Positions 56,774 through 64,000 of a DNA stretch of 64,000 nucleotides are shown one piece after another (positions within the stretch are counted from its first letter, which is position 1; every line of letters begins with the position of its first letter). A model generated the notes under the pieces. The model saw only the letters and a list, made by a program, of their open reading frames with translations, ran no database searches and was not told the origin of the DNA. The position numbers and the translations under genes are program-made. The DNA lies in the NCBI RefSeq assembly GCF_028288205.1, contig NZ_JAQBOD010000055.1, positions 36,434 to 100,433 of the forward strand, written 5' to 3'. The stretch is from Mucilaginibacter sp. Its GTDB lineage: Bacteria > Bacteroidota > Bacteroidia > Sphingobacteriales > Sphingobacteriaceae.

Positions 56774-59551
56774 CTACCTGATGATGGTGACATAGCCCGA
56801 TATGATTTTACGGCCATGTTTTGGATCAATAAAGTAATAATAAACCCCCGTGGGCAGGTCCTTGTTATTAAACCTTCCATCCCATGCCATTGGATAACCT
56901 ACTGATGTATAAACTTTTTGCCCGTAACGATTAAATACCTCAACCGTACAATCCAAATAAGTATCAAGGTGTTTAATATCCCAAACATCATTAATACCAT
57001 CGCCATTCGGCGTAAAAGCATTAGGTATAACCGGGCTTTTTAATACCGAAACAGTAACCTTATCGCTTGCAGAACACCCTTCACTATTAGTTACGGTAAT
57101 GGTATAAGTAATATCCTGCCCCGGGCTAACCACCGGGTCAGGAATAGCAGCATTACTTAAGCCGGTAATTGGCAACCACGCGTAGGTAATACCATCGCCG
57201 GTTGCTGTGGCATGTAAGGTGCCGCTGCCTCCTGCTAATATGGCAATTGCTGTACCCGCGTTTACAGTTGGTATCGGCTTAACCATAATGGTATTGCTTA
57301 TGGTATCAGCACAGGTGCTGTTAGCTGTAAAAATGTACTTTATATTAAATGTGCCCACGCCTGCACCTGCAGGATCAAACAACCCGGTACTGCTTACTCC
57401 CGTACCTGAGTACACGCCCGATCCTGCAATGCCGCTGTTCTCTTGCGCGTTTAACTGAATTTTACCTGCATTTAAGCAAACAGCAGTGGGCGTGTTAAAA
57501 GAAACAGCAGGTGTAGCCAGCAGGGTTATGGTTTTATCCATTTCTGACACACAGGTACCACCCGAATAAGCCAGCATACGTACCTGGTAATTCCGGGTAG
57601 CCAGTGGGGTATGAAATTCGGGATAAGTATGCTGATAAAGCTTTCCTGAATATGGGCTGTTATCTGTTTCTTGAATGGTTATATCGCTGCTATCATAGTA
57701 CCATATTACTTTGGTGATATTGCCAAAGTCAACCACAGACTCGTTGGTAAAATACACCGGCCGGCTACTGCATAGCGCCGCGGCATTTAATACATTAAAA
57801 ATAGCGGTTGGCGTAGAGCCGTTTACCATAAAATCTTTAACTGTTGTAACCTGGCACCCATTAACCGAAGTTACAGTGAGTGTAACATGGTATAGTTTTG
57901 CCTGTATATATTTATGTGTTGGGTCCTTAAGGTTTGATGTATTAGGATTTGCAGCCGTAGCGTTTGCATCGCCAAAATCCCATAAATAAGTAAACCCGGC
58001 AGCGGTATTATCGGCTATGGTTGTGCTGTCTGTAAACTTAGCGTATGAATCGGCCAGGCATACCGCGGGCGTACCAAATTTCACCACGGGTAGAGGGCTT
58101 ATTTTAATGGTTTTGATTAAGGTTGATGTACAGCCCTTATCATTAGTAATGAGCAATTTTACTGTATAAGTACCGGTAGCAGCATAGATATGCCGAAAAG
58201 CCTGGTTATCGGTTTTGATTTCGGTCAAGCCATCACCATAGCTCCATGCGCTGGCGGTTATTGTGCCCTCCGCGCTGGTTGATACATCGTTAAATGTAAC
58301 GGCTTTAGTAACACAATCGGGTGTTGAATAATTAAATGATGCAACAGGTGGTTGCCCTATATGTATACTTTTAGGGGTTGATGCCACTGCACAGCCATTA
58401 CTATTTGTAACCGTTAATTGTACGATATAAGTACCCGGCGCTGCATACAGGTGCGACGGATTTTGTATGGCAGATGTTTGACCGTCGCCAAAATTCCATA
58501 GCCATGTTTTTACGTTTGCTGTAGACTTATCCTTAAAAGCCGTTGAATCGCCAAAGCAGGTATTATCGGGCGCTAATAGTGCCGCCGCGGGCGAAGGTAA
58601 TACCGTTAATATGAGCTGGTTTGATGACACTACACAATTGGAAACATTAATATTATCCGCTTGCCCCGAAACTATCCGGTAAGAATAAGTACCGGCAATA
58701 GCTGGTGATAAAAAACTAAAGGACGAATTAGTACCCGCCGGTCCCTGGTCTGTCCAAACACCATTAACCAGCATCTGACGTTTTTGATTATAGTTAGCAG
58801 CCAATGTTGTGGTTGTATTAATATGTACCGTTTGCGGTGTGCCCGAGCATAGCGTTTGTGAGGTAACAGATTGATCAAATACTACCGCCACCTGGGCACC
58901 ATACGGCCTAAAGGTTATATCATCAATAGCAATATCATTGCCTATACCTCCCGGAGCGTTATTAACCATTTTTAAAACTATGGCGTCGGTACCTGGCGGC
59001 GTGGTAAATGTAAAAGGATATTGTATCCATGCGTCGCCAGTCGGAATATCATTGGTATTGCCCGTGCCAAGTACAGCTCCGCCTGCAGTTTCAATAGAAA
59101 ACGTTACATTAGGTAAAATTCCGTTGTTTTTTAACAGGTTTTTCATCCAGGCTGCAAACTGGTATTTGGTGTTACCGCATAAACCTATAACTGTACGGGT
59201 ATAAAAAATGCCGGGTGTATAACTACCGTTCACCAGCATAAAATAACCACCCTGGTTTCCGGTATGATCGGTTGTGATCCACCAGCCCCCATTTGTATTA
59301 CTTGAAGTATTTACAATGGTATAATAATTATCGTTAGGTGTACCGGCGCTGTAGGTATAAGAAGTTGAGCCCGAATCTGCTGGTAAAGGGCCGGCATATT
59401 TATTTATGCCCGAGCCAAAAGTTATATTAACAATAGGATCGCCTAAACTTTGTGTATATCCTTTACTGCTAAAAAACAAGATTATCAGACTGATAAAGAT
59501 AACAGCGTAAATATTTTTACGAATAGCTATTCCTTTAAAGTATTTAAACAT
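56774..59551 (-). CDS. Large PKD-repeat surface protein with a T9SS type-B (gliding-motility CHU_C) C-terminal sorting domain
   Basis: 925 aa, with a signal peptide. Repeated W.FGDG...S....P.H.Y...G.Y.V.L PKD units. C-terminus reads PNAFTPNGDGINDVWDI...GVYYY. Confidence 0.88.
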   Translation of the reverse strand: MFKYFKGIAIRKNIYAVIFISLIILFFSSKGYTQSLGDPIVNITFGSGINKYAGPLPADSGSTSYTYSAGTPNDNYYTIVNTSSNTNGGWWITTDHTGNQGGYFMLVNGSYTPGIFYTRTVIGLCGNTKYQFAAWMKNLLKNNGILPNVTFSIETAGGAVLGTGNTNDIPTGDAWIQYPFTFTTPPGTDAIVLKMVNNAPGGIGNDIAIDDITFRPYGAQVAVVFDQSVTSQTLCSGTPQTVHINTTTTLAANYNQKRQMLVNGVWTDQGPAGTNSSFSFLSPAIAGTYSYRIVSGQADNINVSNCVVSSNQLILTVLPSPAAALLAPDNTCFGDSTAFKDKSTANVKTWLWNFGDGQTSAIQNPSHLYAAPGTYIVQLTVTNSNGCAVASTPKSIHIGQPPVASFNYSTPDCVTKAVTFNDVSTSAEGTITASAWSYGDGLTEIKTDNQAFRHIYAATGTYTVKLLITNDKGCTSTLIKTIKISPLPVVKFGTPAVCLADSYAKFTDSTTIADNTAAGFTYLWDFGDANATAANPNTSNLKDPTHKYIQAKLYHVTLTVTSVNGCQVTTVKDFMVNGSTPTAIFNVLNAAALCSSRPVYFTNESVVDFGNITKVIWYYDSSDITIQETDNSPYSGKLYQHTYPEFHTPLATRNYQVRMLAYSGGTCVSEMDKTITLLATPAVSFNTPTAVCLNAGKIQLNAQENSGIAGSGVYSGTGVSSTGLFDPAGAGVGTFNIKYIFTANSTCADTISNTIMVKPIPTVNAGTAIAILAGGSGTLHATATGDGITYAWLPITGLSNAAIPDPVVSPGQDITYTITVTNSEGCSASDKVTVSVLKSPVIPNAFTPNGDGINDVWDIKHLDTYLDCTVEVFNRYGQKVYTSVGYPMAWDGRFNNKDLPTGVYYYFIDPKHGRKIISGYVTIIR

Positions 59552-59678
59552 CGGTATCCCCGGTAAACATAATTTGGTTTGGATGTTAAAAGTATCATAA
59601 ATAGATGAAATACACTATAGAATTAATTGAAAGTTATTGGCTATCAATTCAATTACCAACTTATGAGCGTAAGCAATT

Positions 59679-60665
59679 TTAACGACGGAGACTAAAACAC
59701 TCTATCGAATTTAACAATGGTGACCCTCCGCTATTGCCTACCCCTGCCGCGGTATATATTTTCTTGTCGTAATAAATAGCTCCTGTAGCATGCCTGCCCG
59801 CAATAAGCGGTGGTAATGTTCTAAATTCGTCGGTTTTAACATTGTAGGCCTCCGCTTCGTTATGCGATATTTTCTGGACAGTGCTTTCTCCTGCTATTAT
59901 CAGTATCTCATTTTTTATAACTACTAAGGCATTGCCCGCTCGTAACGTGGGCAGCTTAGCATTTGCTGTGCTCCACTTACCGGTGTTAAAATCATAAACA
60001 TCCACCTCTGCAATAGTATTATTTAACAATTTCTTTTCCATTGCGTTTGATTGTACACCGGCAATACAATATAATTTATGACCAACAACGGCAGCTTTAA
60101 AATGATCCCTGGCCCTGGGGGCATCATTAAGTTTGGTCCATTGGTTAGTTTGCGGGTTATACTCATCAAACCATGCAACATTACCCGTCCAATGCCCGTC
60201 CAATATCCCGTTAACCAGGTAAAATTTATCTTTATAAACAACTACCCCACCCGATCCTCTTTGCCTGTCTTTAGGTATTTCTGCACCTACGCGCCAACTG
60301 TCTGATGCGGGATTATATATATAAATATTGGCAACCGGCTTTTCGTGCGGGAAACCACCCGTCATGGCACCGCAGATATAAATTTCATCTTTATATGCAA
60401 TGGCTTGGAAATGATTTAGTTCGATCGGCGGTTTTGCACCATTTGTCCAGGTGGATGTTTTTGGATCAAATACAGAAATATTTTTTATTCCCCGACCGCC
60501 CAATAGGTAAAACAGCCCTTTAATATTTACAAAATCCCCTTCTTCCCTTACTATAAAGTTGCCGTTTGTAGCTATAATTTCCCAGTTGTATCCTTTAAAT
60601 TGTGCATTAGCATTAAACTCAAGCAAACAAACTATAACAAAAATAATCAGACTAATTTTTTTCAT
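59679..60665 (-). CDS. Secreted Kelch-repeat beta-propeller protein
   Basis: 328 aa. Signal peptide and about six repeats with the W.....P..R pattern. Confidence 0.8.
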   Translation of the reverse strand: MKKISLIIFVIVCLLEFNANAQFKGYNWEIIATNGNFIVREEGDFVNIKGLFYLLGGRGIKNISVFDPKTSTWTNGAKPPIELNHFQAIAYKDEIYICGAMTGGFPHEKPVANIYIYNPASDSWRVGAEIPKDRQRGSGGVVVYKDKFYLVNGILDGHWTGNVAWFDEYNPQTNQWTKLNDAPRARDHFKAAVVGHKLYCIAGVQSNAMEKKLLNNTIAEVDVYDFNTGKWSTANAKLPTLRAGNALVVIKNEILIIAGESTVQKISHNEAEAYNVKTDEFRTLPPLIAGRHATGAIYYDKKIYTAAGVGNSGGSPLLNSIECFSLRR

Positions 60666-60770
60666 AATTGAGGCAGTGCAAATTGGTTTAATATAAAGGA
60701 ATAAAATTTTACATAATTACAAACAATTACGGATGATTTGCGTTTTATGCAAGTTAACTTCTGATAATAA

Positions 60771-61400
60771 ATGGATAATAGTAGTACTGGGGAGTGGTAC
60801 CGTAGTGAAACCAAGATTTTCTGGAATGATATTGCAACTGATAATCATATAGTTCAAATTTACGATGACGACTCCATTTTGTTAAATACACTTACTAATT
60901 ACGTCATCGAGGGATTTAATGCGGACAATTGTGCAATTGTTATTGCAACTCCAAATCATTTGAATATACTGAACACGCGGCTTGTGAAATATGGCTTTGA
61001 CCTGAATAGACTAATGGCTACTGATGACTACATACCATTAAATGCTGTTGAAACGCTTTCAAAGTTTATGGTAGATGGATACCCCGATGAAAAATATTTC
61101 ATGGAAACGGTAGGCCCTATTATGAAGAGAGCTAATAAAAACGGAAGGCAGGTACGTGCGTTTGGCGAAATGGTAGCATTATTGTGGGAACGCGGAAACA
61201 GTAGCGCTACCCTACAACTGGAGCACTTATGGAATAAGTTTTGTGCAACAGAGTCTTTTTGCCTGTTTTGTGCCTACTCTAAAAGTGGTTTTAGTAATGA
61301 CTCCAGCGCCGCAATAATGCATATTTGCAGCGCCCACTCCAAACTGATCGAAGCAGACGAAAAATTTCCTTCAGAAATACTATATAAAAATGTTGTTTAA
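60771..61400 (+). CDS. Stand-alone MEDS-domain protein
   Basis: 209 aa. HIVQIYDDD..LL..L..YV.EG......IVIAT..H is typical of the MEDS (DcmR-like sensory) domain. Confidence 0.6.
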   Translation: MDNSSTGEWYRSETKIFWNDIATDNHIVQIYDDDSILLNTLTNYVIEGFNADNCAIVIATPNHLNILNTRLVKYGFDLNRLMATDDYIPLNAVETLSKFMVDGYPDEKYFMETVGPIMKRANKNGRQVRAFGEMVALLWERGNSSATLQLEHLWNKFCATESFCLFCAYSKSGFSNDSSAAIMHICSAHSKLIEADEKFPSEILYKNVV

Positions 61401-61561
61401 AAAAAGTAAAAACATTACTGCTTAATTATCACTGGTTTTATAATTAAGAAAGGCGGCGGGAAGCAAAATATTGAACCCGTTCCCATACTGCTGGTCACCC
61501 ATATTTTCCGTCTTCATGTTTAATGATCTCCTACAAAATATACAAGTCCAATCCACTGTTT

Positions 61562-62971
61562 TTACTTTTTTTGGTCAAATATTTTCCCCGGATTTAATAT
61601 GTAATTTTTATCGAAAACCTTTTTAATACCACGCCATAGCTCAAAGTGTATAGGCGAATACTTTATTGGCATAAAATCTTTTTGTACCAGCCCAATACCA
61701 TGTTCGCCGGATAAAGTGCCCTCTAAAGATACCGTTAGCTCAAATATTTCGCGTATGCCATCTTTCAGTTTGGTATTCCAGTCTTCATCACTCATGTTGG
61801 CTTTAATAATATTTACATGCAGGTTGCCATCGCCTGCATGGCCATAGCATACAGATTCAAAACCATATTTAGCTCCCGTATCTTTTATACCTTTTATCAA
61901 TTGCGGTAACGCCGCGCGGGGCACTACGGTGTCTTCTTCTTTGTATACGGAGTTTGATTTTACTGATACGGCCATAGTGCGCCTTATGCGCCATAACTCT
62001 TCCTTTTGTGCTGCCGATTCGCCAAAAAGTACATCTGTACAACCAAATTCTTCTAAAACAGTATTGATCTTTTCACAATCACCAAATATTACATCCGGAT
62101 TGGTACCATCAACTTCTATCAGCAAAAATGCGGCTACATCATCTTTCAGATCAAAAATTATCCCGTCATGCTCTATTACCCACTCTACCCCTCTCCGCTC
62201 CATGAACTCTAATGCCGATGGTACTATACCGGCCCTGAAAATAGCCGGTACCGCGGCGCATGCCGCTTCATTCGATTTGAATGATGCCAGCATCAAGGCA
62301 TCAGTAGTTGGCGCGGGAATAAGTTTAACCACAATTTTGGTAACAATACCTAATGTGCCTTCCGACCCGATAATCAACTGGGTTAAATTATATCCTGATG
62401 AATATTTTAAAGTGTTAGCACCCGTCCAGATTATCTCTCCCGATGGCAAAACTATTTCCAGGTTTAATATGTACTCGCGTATGGTACCATACTTTACCAC
62501 CCTGGGCCCGCCAGAGCCGTGCGATACATTCCCACCTATAAAACAACTGCCCTTGCTTGCCGGGTCAATAGGGTAAAGCAAACCTTTAGCGGCAACCTGG
62601 TTCATAAATTCTTCTGTTATTACACCCGGTTCAACAGTGGCCTGCAGGTTTTGCTCATCTATATTCAGTATTTTGTTAAATCGCTCCATGGCTATAAGTA
62701 AGCCGCCCATTATAGGCAAGGCACCACCGCTTAGCCCTGTACCCGCACCTCTTGGTGTTACAGGTATTAAATGCTCATTACAAAGTTTTAGCAGCGCTGC
62801 AACTTCCTGCGGCGATTTGGGTTTAGCAACAACCTCGGGATAAAAGTGCAGATCTTCCGTTTCGTCATGGCTGTATTTTTCCATGTCATTAGGCGTTATT
62901 ATAACCGCATCGTCACCTACAATTAATTTAATTGCAATTAATATATCTTCGGTTATTTTATTGTAAGTCAT
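61562..62971 (-). CDS. FAD-linked oxidase (GlcD / D-lactate dehydrogenase-like)
   Basis: 469 aa. FAD-binding PCMH domain (PRGAGTGLSGG) and the C-terminal GEHG.G motif. Confidence 0.88.
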   Translation of the reverse strand: MTYNKITEDILIAIKLIVGDDAVIITPNDMEKYSHDETEDLHFYPEVVAKPKSPQEVAALLKLCNEHLIPVTPRGAGTGLSGGALPIMGGLLIAMERFNKILNIDEQNLQATVEPGVITEEFMNQVAAKGLLYPIDPASKGSCFIGGNVSHGSGGPRVVKYGTIREYILNLEIVLPSGEIIWTGANTLKYSSGYNLTQLIIGSEGTLGIVTKIVVKLIPAPTTDALMLASFKSNEAACAAVPAIFRAGIVPSALEFMERRGVEWVIEHDGIIFDLKDDVAAFLLIEVDGTNPDVIFGDCEKINTVLEEFGCTDVLFGESAAQKEELWRIRRTMAVSVKSNSVYKEEDTVVPRAALPQLIKGIKDTGAKYGFESVCYGHAGDGNLHVNIIKANMSDEDWNTKLKDGIREIFELTVSLEGTLSGEHGIGLVQKDFMPIKYSPIHFELWRGIKKVFDKNYILNPGKIFDQKK

Positions 62972-62996
62972 AAAATTTAAAAAAATCTAAAATTAT

Positions 62997-63213
62997 CAGG
63001 GCAGACGTATTAAAATTTCTTTGCCCTCTTTCCGCGCAGCGAAGAGAGGGCCGACCAGCGTAGCGTAGTCGGGGTGAGTAATCGCCACCGTGCATTGGCG
63101 GTAATGTCGCTTTATTAGTACTCACCCGATCATCGCTAAGTCGCTCGATCACCCTCTCTTCCGCAAGCGGTAAAGAGGGTTGGGATGGTGGATTTTTTAA
63201 TGCGTCTGCCCTG
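62997..63213. repeat. Composite multi-hairpin element, family B (termini CAGGGCAGACGTATTAAAA / TTTTAATGCGTCTGCCCTG)
   Basis: Terminal inverted repeats enclose at least five internal hairpins: GCCCTCT...AGAGGGC, CCGAC...GTCGG, GGTGAGTA...TACTCACC with an inner CGCCA...TGGCG, and ACCCTCT...AGAGGGT. Confidence 0.85.
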
Positions 63214-63372
63214 CAAAATTATAGATTTATGTATTATAAATTGATTTATATGTCATTAACTTATAAAACTCCAACCGGAAAGAATCACCGGGATGAGCAG
63301 CGTGGCGGTAAAATTCACCAAAAACAAACCGGCCAAAGAAAATTACCGGTATGATGAGATTATCCTAAATAA

Positions 63373-63732
63373 TTATTTACTGTAATTAATTGTAACGCTT
63401 GAATATTTGGTTTTGGCACCAACCAACGGATTGAGCTTTTTAATAACAACCTGTATAGTATCTGCAAAGGCATATTGTTTTTTTATCTCATTGATAATTG
63501 CCTGCGCCACCGTTTCAATTATTTTTTTGGGGAGCTTCATTTCTTCGCAGGCAATATCATAAAGCTTTTCGTAATTTACGGTATTACTTAAATTGTCTTC
63601 TTTAATATTGCCGGTTGGCGTAAAGCCAACCTCCACATCAACAATAAAATAACTCCCTATTTTTTGTTCTTCGGGGTAAAAACCATGATAGGCAAAAAAC
63701 TCCGCTCCGTGCAAGGCTACAATCATTTTCAA
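63373..63732 (-). CDS. folB: Dihydroneopterin aldolase
   Basis: 119 aa. F.YHG...EE...G..F.VD pattern and the VNYE motif. Confidence 0.85.
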   Translation of the reverse strand: MKMIVALHGAEFFAYHGFYPEEQKIGSYFIVDVEVGFTPTGNIKEDNLSNTVNYEKLYDIACEEMKLPKKIIETVAQAIINEIKKQYAFADTIQVVIKKLNPLVGAKTKYSSVTINYSK

Positions 63733-63753
63733 AAGTAATTGTTTTAGTTGATT

Positions 63754-63814
63754 TAGTGAGTGGTGAATAGTGAGCAGTTAGCTTACTTTTTTATTCATCA
63801 TTCACTACTCACTA
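63754..63814. repeat. REP-like palindrome, family D (second copy)
   Basis: TAGTGAGTGGTGAATAGTGAG / ATTCATCATTCACTACTCACTA. Located in the divergent region between folB and the acyl-CoA dehydrogenase gene. Confidence 0.75.
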
Positions 63815-63857
63815 TTTTCTATTCAGCTATATTTGTTTAATACTAATTAAATGCCTT

Positions 63858-64000
63858 ATGCCAAAAACTGATCTTTTTGAATCGCCAGACTATTATCAAT
63901 TAGATGAACTGCTTACAGATGAACATAAACTGATACGCAAAAGTGTGCGCGATTGGGTAAAAAAAGAAGTAAGCCCCATAATTGAGGACTATGCCCAGCG
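63858..64000 (+). CDS. Acyl-CoA dehydrogenase (glutaryl-CoA dehydrogenase-like), 5' fragment running off the window
   Basis: Hand translation gives MPKTDLFESPDYYQLDELLTDEHKLIRKSVRDWVKKEVSPIIEDYAQ, a typical ACAD N-terminus. Confidence 0.7.
   Translation, partial: MPKTDLFESPDYYQLDELLTDEHKLIRKSVRDWVKKEVSPIIEDYAQ

Noticed and set aside
61430-61527. 31-codon minus-strand ORF (MKTENMGDQQYGNGFNILLPAAFLNYKTSDN) downstream of the oxidase gene
   Set aside because: It is short, has no recognisable family and has no coupling to a neighbouring gene. It is likely a chance ORF.
61929-62576. 215-aa ORF antisense to the GlcD-like oxidase (similar cases at 52856-53383, 44274-44720, 15023-15379 and 30062-30454)
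   Set aside because: All lie fully within strong CDSs on the other strand. Their Ser/Pro/Ala-rich translations look like nonsense, so I treat them as antisense artefacts.
62958-63152. 64-aa ORF overlapping the family-B element (also 55469-55693)
   Set aside because: The reading frame runs through nested palindromic repeat DNA, so the translation is an artefact of the repeat. The ORF at 55469-55693 lies in an intergenic region with no support.
1-64000. tRNA, rRNA, prophage, integrase, transposase, toxin-antitoxin or known defence-system genes
   Set aside because: By-eye scanning of the intergenic regions and all track translations found no T-loop or acceptor patterns and no proteins with the hallmark motifs of these classes. 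A tRNAscan or HMM search would be needed to be certain.

Overview
This is a chromosomal window from a Bacteroidota genome. By inference it is a Sphingobacteriaceae-type organism such as Mucilaginibacter or Pedobacter. The basis is a T9SS type-B C-terminal-domain protein, a succinyl-type arginine operon, the near absence of Shine-Dalgarno sequences and the style of the intergenic palindromes. The content is mostly core metabolism. There is an arginine/proline operon (GNAT, argG, cupin, argC, argD, argF', then argB-proC) that is split by an opposite-strand nhaP-ndh pair. Other core genes are gpmA, purB, nfu, suhB-like, lgt, mtaB, ubiX, ppk1-ppx, yajQ, hsp20 and folB. There is also a TetR-TolC-MFP-RND efflux operon, a GlxA/AraC-controlled VOC-DinB-MATE cluster, a FAH/alpha-beta-hydrolase/amidohydrolase trio, and a surface/redox neighbourhood (Tat-hemerythrin, PKD/T9SS protein, Kelch, MEDS). 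I saw no rRNA, tRNA, CRISPR, transposase, integrase or recognisable defence genes. The unusual content is structural and non-coding. (1) A 543-bp single-gene cassette with 22-bp terminal inverted repeats and an 8-bp target duplication sits inside a REP-like palindrome. (2) A four-helix-bundle (23S-rRNA-IVS-type) gene is bracketed by 34-nt inverted repeats and wedged flush into the arg operon. (3) At least six families of nested intergenic palindromes are present, including two composite elements that share CAGGGCARACGCATTAAAA termini. (4) A 200-bp non-coding cluster holds seven GTGAAACAC-like motifs. (5) A YqaE/Pmp3 gene is broken by a +1 frameshift in a G5 run. All functional calls come from reading the translations by eye; no searches were run.
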